A DNA stretch of 32,000 nucleotides from an uncultured archaeon (GCA_964577555.1 CAZNZM010000009.1:1-32000), one strand, 5' to 3'. Counted from the first letter of the stretch, positions 1 through 9,064 are shown. Numbers and translations are program-made. The notes: generated by a model not told the origin, from the letters alone.

Positions 1-2
1 TA

Positions 3-1745
3 GTTTTTACTAATACGCGCAGTGCAACTGAAAGGGTTGTGCATTATTTGAAGGAAAAGTTTCCGAAAGAATACAATTCTGGAAACATTGGGGCGCATCA
101 TAGTTCACTTTCAAGGGAAACAAGGCTTAACGTTGAAGAGCGACTTAAAAAGGGTGAATTGAAATGCGTTGTCTGTTCAACTTCTCTTGAACTTGGAATT
201 GATATTGGTTATATTGATTTGGTTGTTTTGTTGGGAAGTCCTAAAAGCATTGCACGTGCAATACAGCGAATAGGCAGGAGTGGGCATCAATTGCATAGTA
301 CTGTGAAAGGCAGAATAATTGTTCTTGACAGGGATGACCTTGTGGAATGTGCTGTAATGCTGAAATCGGCCTTAGAAAAAAAAATTGACAAAATCAGGGT
401 TCCTGAAAATTGCTTGGATGTTCTTTGTCAGCAAATATTTGGTATTGTAATAGAAGAAAGAATACACATTGATGAATTATATAATTTGATTAGAAGAAGC
501 TATTGCTATCGAAACCTTTCAAGGCTTGATTATAATGAATGTATAGATTATCTTTCTGGAAATTATAGTTCTTTGGAAGTCAGGCATGTTTATGCAAAAA
601 TATGGGTTGAAAATGAGACTGGAATGATAGGTAGAAGGGGAAAAACTGCAAGGCTAATTTATACCACTAATGTAGGCACTATCCCTGACGAAGCCAAAAT
701 AAAAGTGAAAATAGGGGATATGGTGATTGGGACAATTGATGAAAGTTTTATGGAACGCTTGAGAAAGTCAGATGTCTTTGTTTTAGGCGGGCAAACATAT
801 GAATACAAGTTTGCAAGGGGAATGACTATACAAGTGAATGCCGCATATAAAAAGCCTCCGACAGTTCCTTCGTGGTTTTCGGAAACCCTTCCTTTGAGTT
901 TTGACCTTTCAATAGAAATTGGAAAATTCAGGAAATTGATGTCTGAAAAATTGGGTAAAGGCGAATCCAAAAAAGATATTATTCAATTTCTTGAAAAATA
1001 TTTGTATATTGACAAGCATGCTGCTAATGCAATGTACGAGTATTTCAGGGAGCAGTACAAATATCTGGAAATACCGGACAATTCAAAAATTATAATAGAA
1101 AGATATAGGGAAGGCAATGTTACGCATTTGGTTTTTCACGCGCTTTATGGCAGAAGGGTTAATGATGCATTGAGTTTTGCATACAGTTTTGCTTTGTCAA
1201 AAATAATGCACAAGGACGTGGAAATAAGCATGAATGACAATGGCTTTATGCTCAGCATTTCAGGAAAAATCGTTATTGAAAAAGCATTAAAAGCGGTTAA
1301 CAGCAAGGATTTCAGAAAAATACTTGAAATGGCAATCAATAACACTGAAATGCTTTCAAGAAGATTCAGGCATTGTGCTACAAGGGCTTTAATGATATTG
1401 CGTTCTTACAAAGGCAAAGAAAAAAGTGCTGGGAGGCAGCAAATGGCTTCTCGGCTTTTGCTTAGCGCGGTGCGCAGAATAAGCAACGACTTTGTAATAT
1501 TGAAAGAGGCACGTAGAGAAGTGCTTGAAGATGCAATGGATATTAATAATGCGATAAAAGTGATTCAAGGAATAGAACAGGGTTTTATAAAAATAAAATT
1601 ATTGGATAGCGCAATACCGAGTCCTTTTGCTTGGAATATTGCAATGCAGGGAAGGATGGATATAATGAAAATAGAAGACAGGTTGGCATTCATTAAGAGG
1701 ATGCATGAAGAAATAATAAAAAAAATAGGTGAAGGCGATGAGTAG
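3..1745 (+). CDS. lhr: Lhr-family ATP-dependent helicase, C-terminal ~580 aa; the 5' end lies outside the window
   Basis: The frame is open from nt 3 (VFTNTRSATERV precedes the GTG used by the ORF track). Helicase motif V/VI region HHSSLSRETRLNVEERLKKGELKCVVCSTSLELGIDIGYIDLVV...QRIGRSGH, followed by a long C-terminal extension as in Lhr-Core proteins. Confidence 0.85.
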   Translation, partial: VFTNTRSATERVVHYLKEKFPKEYNSGNIGAHHSSLSRETRLNVEERLKKGELKCVVCSTSLELGIDIGYIDLVVLLGSPKSIARAIQRIGRSGHQLHSTVKGRIIVLDRDDLVECAVMLKSALEKKIDKIRVPENCLDVLCQQIFGIVIEERIHIDELYNLIRRSYCYRNLSRLDYNECIDYLSGNYSSLEVRHVYAKIWVENETGMIGRRGKTARLIYTTNVGTIPDEAKIKVKIGDMVIGTIDESFMERLRKSDVFVLGGQTYEYKFARGMTIQVNAAYKKPPTVPSWFSETLPLSFDLSIEIGKFRKLMSEKLGKGESKKDIIQFLEKYLYIDKHAANAMYEYFREQYKYLEIPDNSKIIIERYREGNVTHLVFHALYGRRVNDALSFAYSFALSKIMHKDVEISMNDNGFMLSISGKIVIEKALKAVNSKDFRKILEMAINNTEMLSRRFRHCATRALMILRSYKGKEKSAGRQQMASRLLLSAVRRISNDFVILKEARREVLEDAMDINNAIKVIQGIEQGFIKIKLLDSAIPSPFAWNIAMQGRMDIMKIEDRLAFIKRMHEEIIKKIGEGDE

Positions 1746-2508
1746 GTTTGCAAAAAGTACTGAGATCAAAGACAAAGACCAGTTATCAAAAGGTGTAAAA
1801 ACAACTGGTCTTTGTCTTTGGTTTGAAAAGTCAAGGACACTTGCTTGTGCAGATTTTCATTTAGGGTATGAAGGAATGCTTAATGCTAAGGGAATATTTA
1901 TGCCAAGATACAATTTTAATGAAATAAAAGAAAGGCTTGAAAGAGCGATAGTAGAATGCGGCAAGCCTAAAAATATAATAGTGTGTGGTGATTTTAAGCA
2001 GGAATTCGGAGGAATTTCAAAACAGGAATGGAAAGAAGCTCTTGAAATGTTGGATTTTTTGTTGGCAAATTGTGAAAAACTTGTCTTGATAAAAGGGAAT
2101 CATGACAATATAATAGCTCCAATTGCTGAAAAAAAAGGAGTTGAAATAAAAGAATCTTATTTTCTTGAAAGTGAAAAAACTCTATTTATTCACGGGCATA
2201 AAAAGCCTAATAAAAAGGATTTGATTGGCGCTAAAATAATTGTGATGGGTCACGAGCATCCTTCAATTAACCTGCGAGACGATTTGAAAAGAGAAGCATA
2301 CAAGTGTTTTTTAAAAGGAAAATACGAAAACAGAGAATTGATAGTTTTGCCTTCAATGCTTACTGTCGGAAGCGGCACAGACTTGACAATGGAAAATCAC
2401 ATGAGCCCACTGATTGAAAATATTGAGGATTTTGATGTTTATGCTGTTGAAGACAAGGCCTATTATTTGGGAAAAATAAAGGATTTGGAAAGAAAAAAAT
2501 ACGTGTAA
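1738..2508 (+). CDS. Calcineurin-like metallophosphoesterase (Lhr-associated MPE-like)
   Basis: All five metallophosphoesterase motifs are visible: CADFHLGY, VCGDFKQE, KGNHDN, FIHGHK, MGHEHP. I prefer the ATG at 1738 over the track's GTG at 1729: AGGTGA at 1727-1732 sits 5 nt upstream, and the ATG overlaps the Lhr stop (GCGATGAGTAG). Confidence 0.8.
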   Translation: MSRFAKSTEIKDKDQLSKGVKTTGLCLWFEKSRTLACADFHLGYEGMLNAKGIFMPRYNFNEIKERLERAIVECGKPKNIIVCGDFKQEFGGISKQEWKEALEMLDFLLANCEKLVLIKGNHDNIIAPIAEKKGVEIKESYFLESEKTLFIHGHKKPNKKDLIGAKIIVMGHEHPSINLRDDLKREAYKCFLKGKYENRELIVLPSMLTVGSGTDLTMENHMSPLIENIEDFDVYAVEDKAYYLGKIKDLERKKYV

Positions 2509-2515
2509 TTGGAAA

Positions 2516-3592
2516 TTATTTTTTGCTCAATTGTTCTAAAATTCTTTTTTTGAATTCTTCATAATCTTTTTTGTTAACTCTACCAGCAGCAGCTGGAACA
2601 TGTCCGCCGGCGCCAGCTCCTTTTAGGCCGGATACTGCTTTTTCAAGAAGGGAATTCATTTTTACTTTGAAATCTTGCCTTCTGGCAGAAAACAAAAGCC
2701 AGTTGTCGCCTTTGTCTTGAACAACAATTAGTGTCATGTTGGGGTAAATTTGATTGCTTATCCTGTTAATCAACTCTGATTTAAAATTGCCTTTTGCTTT
2801 GAATTCGTACCAAACCAATTCTTTTTCTGGAAAAATAATTTTTTTCTTTTCAAAATCCAAAAGCAGTTTTGCGATTTTTTTATCCAAAATTATTGAATAT
2901 TTTGCGAATTTTGATTTTAAAACGTCTGAAGGCTTTTTGCATTTTGTCAAAAAAAGAAGCAATTCGTGCAATTTGTTTGGAGCAAGTACTTCAACCCCTG
3001 AAATCAAAGCAACTATTTTTGAAAGTTCCGAAATATCCGAGTCATGTCTTTTTGCTTCAGTTTCTACAAAATCTTTCCATTGGTTTAACTGGTTGTCCCC
3101 AATTAAACCTGTGCAAGCCAGCCATGAATGTGTTGCAAGGTCAACATGCCTTGAAAAAAGGTCATAAACTGCTTTTGAAGTCGGATACTTGCTTGGCTCT
3201 ATATTAGAAAATTTTTGTACTTTAAGAAAAAGAGTTTTTTTTGATTTTCTGCCATAATCTGTATGGTGGTCAATCACCAATATTTCATTTACTATTTTTT
3301 CAGTTTTAAGAATAATGTCTTCGTTTTGGTCAAAAGCAAAATCCACTATTACGAGTTTTTCAATTTTTTTATTTTTCAGCATGGCAAGGCTTTTAGGCAA
3401 CAACTCAACTGTTTTATGGCTTTGGGTAATAACCAAATTAGGTTTTTTTCCTCTTATTTTTTCAATTGCAATGTATGCAAGTGCGCCGCTTGAAATTCCG
3501 TCAGCGTCAAGATCGTGGCAAATGGCTATGCGATCGCTTTTTGAATAATTTTTTACCATTGAATTGAATTTTTCAAGAAAATTGTTTTTCAT
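2516..3592 (-). CDS. DHH/DHHA1 phosphoesterase, RecJ-like
   Basis: Motifs CHDLDADGISSG, VIDHHTD and GAGAGGHVPAAAG (DHHA1 GGGH). The start is moved to the ATG at 3592 (MKNNFLEKF...). The 54 upstream codons of the track ORF run through an AT-rich, promoter-like region with ATTTTAAAAAT 23-33 nt upstream of 3592. Confidence 0.8.
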   Translation of the reverse strand: MKNNFLEKFNSMVKNYSKSDRIAICHDLDADGISSGALAYIAIEKIRGKKPNLVITQSHKTVELLPKSLAMLKNKKIEKLVIVDFAFDQNEDIILKTEKIVNEILVIDHHTDYGRKSKKTLFLKVQKFSNIEPSKYPTSKAVYDLFSRHVDLATHSWLACTGLIGDNQLNQWKDFVETEAKRHDSDISELSKIVALISGVEVLAPNKLHELLLFLTKCKKPSDVLKSKFAKYSIILDKKIAKLLLDFEKKKIIFPEKELVWYEFKAKGNFKSELINRISNQIYPNMTLIVVQDKGDNWLLFSARRQDFKVKMNSLLEKAVSGLKGAGAGGHVPAAAGRVNKKDYEEFKKRILEQLSKK

Positions 3593-3659
3593 TACAATAA
3601 AGAGCAAATAAGAAATTTTAAAAATAGGAGTTTGCATCAATAATTTTGCAAAATAATCA

Positions 3660-3857
3660 ATGTTATTGGTGTCTTCAATGGGTTTTTCAATCGTTAATTC
3701 AAAAGGGCAAAAATATTTTCTCAATTCAACTGTTGGCAAAAACGGGAAAACCATTTATTATTTTAGTAAGGATGAAAAAAATCCTGTTGAATTGCCAACA
3801 GGATACACTACTATAGAAAGTCCTTTGACCAAACTGCCTATTTTGAAAAAGAAATGA
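3660..3857 (+). CDS. Small hypothetical protein (65 aa); coding status uncertain
   Basis: ORF divergent from the DHH gene, with a TATA-like element 35-45 nt upstream. The segment GKNGKTIYYFSKDEKNPVELPTGYTTIESPLTKLPILKK looks like a small conserved module I cannot name. No clear SD. Confidence 0.3.
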   Translation: MLLVSSMGFSIVNSKGQKYFLNSTVGKNGKTIYYFSKDEKNPVELPTGYTTIESPLTKLPILKKK

Positions 3858-3963
3858 AAAAATTTGTTGTTGAAAAAGTTTTATTTTCTTTTTTTTTGAA
3901 TATTAAGCAAAAAAAGCGTAACATTATTATTCTTATTAAACTTTACTTTAAATTGGTTTTGAA

Positions 3964-5508
3964 ATGGATGAAAGTTTTGCAGTGCCTGTTGAGAGGGCTA
4001 CTGAGGTAAAAGAGGATTTTTTGAATTTAATAACTGAGTTTTCTGATAGGAATAATTGTTTGCTTATTGATGGGCGGTTGTTTATTTCAAATGGCTTGTC
4101 TGCAGAGGCTTTGAATGGCAATTCAAAAGGCGCTTCAAAAGATTATGCTGCGGACATTGGTGTTAGGGTTTATGCTGGAAAAATTCCTGCAATGGGTTTT
4201 GCCGGTTGCAGTTTGGGTAAGAATGATTTTGAAAATATAAAATTTGTGGCCGGAAAGATTCTTGCTAAGGCTTTGAAGCTTGCAAAAGCCAATTCTGAAG
4301 AAAAAGCTAAAGCAATTAAAAATGCAAAAAAAGCAAATGGCATTTATGATTTGAAGTTGGCTGAAATCCCGGTTTCAAAAAAGGAATGGGTGAAAAAATG
4401 GAAAAAGAATCCTTTGGAAGCGCATTTGGAAGATTTTATCAAGGAGTGTGAGAGGATTTCAGCAAGCCTTGGACAAATAAATGGCGTTGCGTCCAACGCT
4501 GTTTCAATTTTTTCAATGGTTGAAAAAATGATTTTTGCAAGCAGTGAGGGTTCATTGATTGAACAAACCAATGCTATAACTGAGCCGTCTGTTTTTATAG
4601 CGGCAAAGGGCAACTCGCAAGAAACTTATCATGAGTGGATTGCAGAGCAAAAAGGGCTTGAGGCTCTTGAAGGAGATAATGCTCATGGAAAAACCTTTGA
4701 AGATTTTTGCCAATACATTGCTGAAGGAACTGTTGAGCTTGCAAATGCTCCTGCTGTGCCAAGCATACAGGGCACAACAATTGTTGCTAATCCTTGGTTT
4801 AATACTTTGTTGAGTCATGAAATTTGCGGGCATCCATGCGAAGCCGACAGAGCATTGAAGAGGGAAACCGCTTGGGCCGGACGTGCTTGGTGGTTCAGGG
4901 ACATGGATGATAATGAAATGGGTAAAGTAGTTGGTTCTGAAGAAATGACTGTGGTTTCTGATCCGACAATAGATGGTTATGGAAATTATATGTTTGATGA
5001 TGAAGGCATTCCTGCCAAGGCTGTAACAAATATTGAAAATGGTGTGCTGAAAGGTTTTATGAATTCAAGAGAAACAAGCATGATACTTAATGAAGTTCCA
5101 AACGGGCATATGCGTGCAAGCTCTGCATTGATGGTGCCTTTGGTAAGAATGAGCAATACTTTTTTTGCAAAAGGCACTTGGAAAGCTGAAGAATTGATTC
5201 AAGATACGAAAAATGGTTTTTATGTTTTGGGGCAAAAAACTCCTTCAATAGGCGAAAGCAGGCAAAATTTTAATATTTCTTGTTGGAAAATTTTTGAAAT
5301 AAACAATGGCGAGATAGGTAAGTTATACAGGAATGGCGGGATAGAAGGCGATTCAAGGGAAATGTTCATGACCCTTGAAGCCGGAAAAGACGTAAAAATA
5401 TATAATGTCCCGAATTGTGGAAAAGGAACGCCTATGCAGACAATGAGGGTTGGCAATGGCGGGCCTCATTTAAGATTCAAAGCTAATGTGACTGGGATAA
5501 GGGGTTGA
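3964..5508 (+). CDS. tldD: TldD-like zinc metalloprotease
   Basis: HExxxH active-site motif HEICGHPCEADR. The C-terminal GxC motif (NCGKGTP) and overall length fit the TldD/PmbA family. Followed by its partner gene after a 1-nt gap. Confidence 0.85.
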   Translation: MDESFAVPVERATEVKEDFLNLITEFSDRNNCLLIDGRLFISNGLSAEALNGNSKGASKDYAADIGVRVYAGKIPAMGFAGCSLGKNDFENIKFVAGKILAKALKLAKANSEEKAKAIKNAKKANGIYDLKLAEIPVSKKEWVKKWKKNPLEAHLEDFIKECERISASLGQINGVASNAVSIFSMVEKMIFASSEGSLIEQTNAITEPSVFIAAKGNSQETYHEWIAEQKGLEALEGDNAHGKTFEDFCQYIAEGTVELANAPAVPSIQGTTIVANPWFNTLLSHEICGHPCEADRALKRETAWAGRAWWFRDMDDNEMGKVVGSEEMTVVSDPTIDGYGNYMFDDEGIPAKAVTNIENGVLKGFMNSRETSMILNEVPNGHMRASSALMVPLVRMSNTFFAKGTWKAEELIQDTKNGFYVLGQKTPSIGESRQNFNISCWKIFEINNGEIGKLYRNGGIEGDSREMFMTLEAGKDVKIYNVPNCGKGTPMQTMRVGNGGPHLRFKANVTGIRG

Positions 5509-5509
5509 A

Positions 5510-6931
5510 ATGGCTGCATTAAATGAATTGAAAAGCGTTGCTGATGAACTTTTGAGTTTTGCTGAAAAAAATAGTGAAGTCAAAGAAGCAGAAGCTTATG
5601 TTTCAGCACGTTTTTTAGGAGTTTATAGAATTGCTTATCATTCAAAAATACCAAGTAATGGTGTTGAAGAAGCAAAAATAATGGATTCTCAAGGAATCAG
5701 TTTGAGAATACTGTTCAAAGATAATAAATATGGGTTTGGTTCTTGCGACAACGATTTTACAAAAATTGGTTTTAAAGAAGCATATTCAAAGGCGTTTGAA
5801 TCAAGAGTATATGATTCTGATTTTCATTCCTTGTCAGACTATGCTGGAAAGTCTCCTTTCAAACCTGAAATTGACAAAAAAATAATTAATTTAGATACAA
5901 ATGCTTGTGCAAAAAAAGCTTGGGAAATGTTGGATGGTGCTCTCGATGAACTTGAAAATGGAAAAGAAACCAAATCAAACATTACTGGTGAATTTGATGT
6001 TTTTGGAACAAGGTTTTGTGTAAAAAGCACTAAAGGGATTTTTGCGTTTGAAGAAAAAACAGGGGTTGAAGGAAGCCTTACTGCAAACATTGAAGGAAAT
6101 GAAACAGCAAGTGGTACTTCGTTTAAATTCAATTCAATTATTTCAAAATTAAAGCCTTCTCAAATAGGAAAAGAAGCTGTTGAAAAAGCCGAGTTGTCGA
6201 AAAAAAGCGAAAAAATAGAAACAGGAAAATATCGTGTCTTGTTGAGCGAAGGAGTAGTAGCAGAGCTTTTTAACAGCAGACTGGATGTGGCTATTTCTTC
6301 TGTTGACCTTATGGCGAGTCCTTTTAACGGGCTTGTTGGAAAAAAAGTTGCAAGCGAATTGCTTACCATAACTGACGACCCTTTTTTTCCAGAATCTCCA
6401 AATTCAACAGGTTCAAATGATGAAGGAAACCCTTCTGGAAAAGTAACCATAATAGACAATGGTGTTTTCAAAAATTTTTTGTCTAACGATTATTACAAAA
6501 AAAAGAAAGATGAATATGCTAAATTTAGGGCTTTTAATGGTTATAGGGGTGGACGAAGTCATTCTTCTGATGTAGGCGTTAGTGCTACAAATTTGGTTGT
6601 AAGCAAGGGAAATTTGTCTGACAAAGAATTGATTTCAGAAGTTAAAAACGGCATATTTATTGGCAGGATTTGGTATACTTATCCAGTAAATGGTTATTCA
6701 AGCTTTGATTATTCTTCTACTATACGGGGGGATTCTTTTATAATTAAAAATGGTGAGATAGTTTCTGCTTTGGTTCCTAATAGTGTGAGGATTTTAGACA
6801 GTTTTTCAGATTTCATGAAAAACATAATTGGTGTAGGAAAACAGCGAAAATTTGCAAGTTCTTGGGGGCAGGATGAAATTGTTGTAACTCCAAAAATATG
6901 TTTGAGCAAAATGAATCTGAAAAGGATTTAA
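5510..6931 (+). CDS. pmbA: PmbA/TldE-like protein (no HExxxH motif visible; likely non-catalytic partner of TldD)
   Basis: TldD/PmbA-family length and C-terminal pattern (GIFIGRIWYTYPVN..., GDSFIIKNGEI). No HExxxH motif. Starts 2 nt after the TldD stop (TGAAATG). Confidence 0.8.
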   Translation: MAALNELKSVADELLSFAEKNSEVKEAEAYVSARFLGVYRIAYHSKIPSNGVEEAKIMDSQGISLRILFKDNKYGFGSCDNDFTKIGFKEAYSKAFESRVYDSDFHSLSDYAGKSPFKPEIDKKIINLDTNACAKKAWEMLDGALDELENGKETKSNITGEFDVFGTRFCVKSTKGIFAFEEKTGVEGSLTANIEGNETASGTSFKFNSIISKLKPSQIGKEAVEKAELSKKSEKIETGKYRVLLSEGVVAELFNSRLDVAISSVDLMASPFNGLVGKKVASELLTITDDPFFPESPNSTGSNDEGNPSGKVTIIDNGVFKNFLSNDYYKKKKDEYAKFRAFNGYRGGRSHSSDVGVSATNLVVSKGNLSDKELISEVKNGIFIGRIWYTYPVNGYSSFDYSSTIRGDSFIIKNGEIVSALVPNSVRILDSFSDFMKNIIGVGKQRKFASSWGQDEIVVTPKICLSKMNLKRI

Positions 6932-7019
6932 TGCTGGTTCTAAAATTTGCTTATTAAAACTTTATAAAACTTTGCCTAATAATTTCAAAGCATTTAAATT
7001 ATAATAAAATAAAATAATT

Positions 7020-7517
7020 ATGAAAACTAAATTTCTATTGATTTTCTTTTTAATTTTTTTTGCAACTCCAAATGTTTTTGCAGCTTTAAGACCTGAATTA
7101 GCTATAAATGATGATTTAAAAATTTGTAAAAGGTATAACCCTACTCATTTTTATGATTTGCCTGAAGGTTGGAGATATTATACGGAGCAAGATATAAAAG
7201 ATTTCAAATTAGAAACGTTGCAAAAGAAATGTGAATCATTGGGTTATATTTTTATTGATGAAGAATTGGCTGGTGTTTTGAAACCTTATTATAAAAATTT
7301 GGCAAATATATTAATTTTTGGCGTAGCAATTTTGTTTGTTGTGGGTTCTTTGATTATTTTTAGGATTTATAATAAGCATGTGTCAAAGAATAGGAAATTG
7401 AAACTTATCGATTATTTTGTTATTGGAATATGTTGTTTATTATTCTTGGTTTTGCTTATTTTTTTGGCTTTTATTATTTGGGATTTTGCTACAAATTCTA
7501 TTGTGCGTTGGGTATGA
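7020..7517 (+). CDS. Hypothetical secreted/membrane protein
   Basis: N-terminal signal-peptide-like MKTKFLLIFFLIFFATPNVFAA, a ~70-aa soluble segment with 2 Cys, then two hydrophobic helices (ILIFGVAILFVVGSLIIF; FVIGICCLLFLVLLIFLAFIIW). Confidence 0.6.
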   Translation: MKTKFLLIFFLIFFATPNVFAALRPELAINDDLKICKRYNPTHFYDLPEGWRYYTEQDIKDFKLETLQKKCESLGYIFIDEELAGVLKPYYKNLANILIFGVAILFVVGSLIIFRIYNKHVSKNRKLKLIDYFVIGICCLLFLVLLIFLAFIIWDFATNSIVRWV

Positions 7518-7591
7518 TTCTTGATTCTTATATTGATAGAGTGTTTTAGATTTCCTTTACATTTTTAATCACTTCATGACAAACAATAATC

Positions 7592-8362
7592 ATGGTAAAA
7601 GCTAAGTGTGAAGGAGATTTGATAATAGTAGAATTTACGGATGAAGAAGCAAAAGAACTCAAATTGCCAAGCCGAAAAAAATTTGAGTTGATAAAGGCAA
7701 GGGAAGGAATTTGGTTAATGGTTCCGCATGAAGAAAAAAAGGCTAATGTAGTAGATTTGGTTGTTGGAAATGATTCAAGAGAGGCAATAGAGAAAAAAAT
7801 CACCAATTTGATTAAAACTTTGAGTCCAAGGGATAAAATGGAAGGTTGGTTTGAAAAGAAGCTTAATGAAAATGAAAATAAAATACTTCAAGAAATGCTT
7901 AAAGAGGGTAAGATAATAAAATATAAGTCAAGCGAAGTTTTCAGAAAAGCTCTTTATGCTTTGCCAAAAAATGTCCAAAAAAAACAAGTTTTTGAAAACA
8001 AATTCCAAAACATGGAAAAGCCCAAGTATGATTATACTCTTGAAAAAGACGGTTTTATGGTAATAAAAAACGAGTTGAATGCAAAAACCATAAGCGAGCA
8101 ATTAAAAGAGAAAATAAAAGCGGGGGAAATAAGAGGTTTAAGAAGTTTTGAAGGGGATTTTTATGTTATAAACTCTGTTCTTTTGCAGGAATCTGAAAAA
8201 AAGGTTTTGGAGGAACTTTCCAAGGAGAAACAACAAACGTTGAGCCAATTGTCATCCAAAACAAATTTGACTCCGACGCTTGTAAAAATATCAATGGAGT
8301 TTCTTAAGGAAGATGGCGAGGTTATGGAAAGAAAAAAAGAAGTTTATCAATATATTAAGTGA
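7592..8362 (+). CDS. Hypothetical protein, possibly with tandem winged-helix-like segments
   Basis: Long ATG-initiated ORF with lysine/glutamate-rich composition like neighbouring genes. No motif I can assign. First gene of a tightly coupled three-gene unit. Confidence 0.6.
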   Translation: MVKAKCEGDLIIVEFTDEEAKELKLPSRKKFELIKAREGIWLMVPHEEKKANVVDLVVGNDSREAIEKKITNLIKTLSPRDKMEGWFEKKLNENENKILQEMLKEGKIIKYKSSEVFRKALYALPKNVQKKQVFENKFQNMEKPKYDYTLEKDGFMVIKNELNAKTISEQLKEKIKAGEIRGLRSFEGDFYVINSVLLQESEKKVLEELSKEKQQTLSQLSSKTNLTPTLVKISMEFLKEDGEVMERKKEVYQYIK

Positions 8363-8366
8363 TTTT

Positions 8367-8735
8367 ATGAAAGTTCTTATACCTTTGTTGTCGGAGATGG
8401 AAAATGAAGAATTTTTGAAAAGAGCGACTGAAAAAGCAAGTGAAGTAATTTTGTTACTTGTTGTGGATACTCAGCCTAACCAAAAATTCGGTTTTACAAC
8501 TTCGCAAATCACCAAAGGAAGAAGGCTTATGGAAAATGCAAGCAGTTTTATCGGCAAAAAGAAAAAAATTGAAGAAATAATAGAGTGGGGAGAAACCGAT
8601 TTGAAAATAATTAATATTGCAAAGTTGAATCAAGTTGATAAAATAGTCATAAAAGAACAAGGAGAAAATAATTTTTTGTTCAAGGGGCTTGTTGAAAAGA
8701 TAAAAAGTGAAAATATTAAAGTAGAGGTAATTTAA
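8367..8735 (+). CDS. Hypothetical protein, USP/adenine-nucleotide alpha-hydrolase-like by appearance
   Basis: The ATG at 8367 lies 4 nt after the upstream stop and follows GTGAT. The pattern MKVLIPL...VILLLVVD...KIVIKEQG resembles alternating beta-alpha USP folds, but no ATP-binding glycine motif is seen. The track start at 8313 overlaps the previous gene and is rejected. Confidence 0.5.
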   Translation: MKVLIPLLSEMENEEFLKRATEKASEVILLLVVDTQPNQKFGFTTSQITKGRRLMENASSFIGKKKKIEEIIEWGETDLKIINIAKLNQVDKIVIKEQGENNFLFKGLVEKIKSENIKVEVI

Positions 8736-9064
8736 TGGAAAAAAAAGTCAGCATTTCGGATTTTCAAAAATTGGATATAAGGATTGGAAAAATAGTGTCT
8801 GCAAATCCCATACCACATACTGACAAATTGCTCCTTTTGGAATTTGATTTTGGCGAATTCAAAAGGCAAGTAGTTTCAGCTATTGCGCATCAATATAACC
8901 CAAGTGTTCTTATAGGCAAGCAAATGCCAGTTTTAATAAATCTTGAACCTAAAAAAATAATGGGTTTTGAAAGTCAAGGCATGATAATTGCAATTGATGT
9001 AGGGGAAGATTGTGCATTGCTTCACCCTGACAAGGAAACTCCAAATGGTAGTAAAGTAACTTGA
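8735..9064 (+). CDS. Stand-alone tRNA-binding domain protein (Trbp111/CsaA/MetRS C-terminal type OB fold)
   Basis: FQKLDIRIGKIVSANPIPHTDKLLLLEFDFGEFKRQVVSAI...GFESQGMIIA matches the EMAP/Trbp111 tRNA-binding domain. GAGGT sits 6 nt upstream of the ATG. TAATG overlap with the previous gene. Confidence 0.85.
   Translation: MEKKVSISDFQKLDIRIGKIVSANPIPHTDKLLLLEFDFGEFKRQVVSAIAHQYNPSVLIGKQMPVLINLEPKKIMGFESQGMIIAIDVGEDCALLHPDKETPNGSKVT

Noticed and set aside
1729-1737. Track start codons extending genes upstream: MPE GTG 1729, DHH 3754, USP-like 8313, PdxT 13948, FolC 18693, GT2 28278, MgtA TTG 9159, PdxS TTG 13167, ThiB 19373.
   Set aside because: These are longest-ORF artefacts. The extensions overlap the preceding gene or run through promoter-like AT-rich DNA, lack conserved N-terminal residues, and better-placed ATG/GTG/TTG starts with SD-like GGTG motifs exist downstream.
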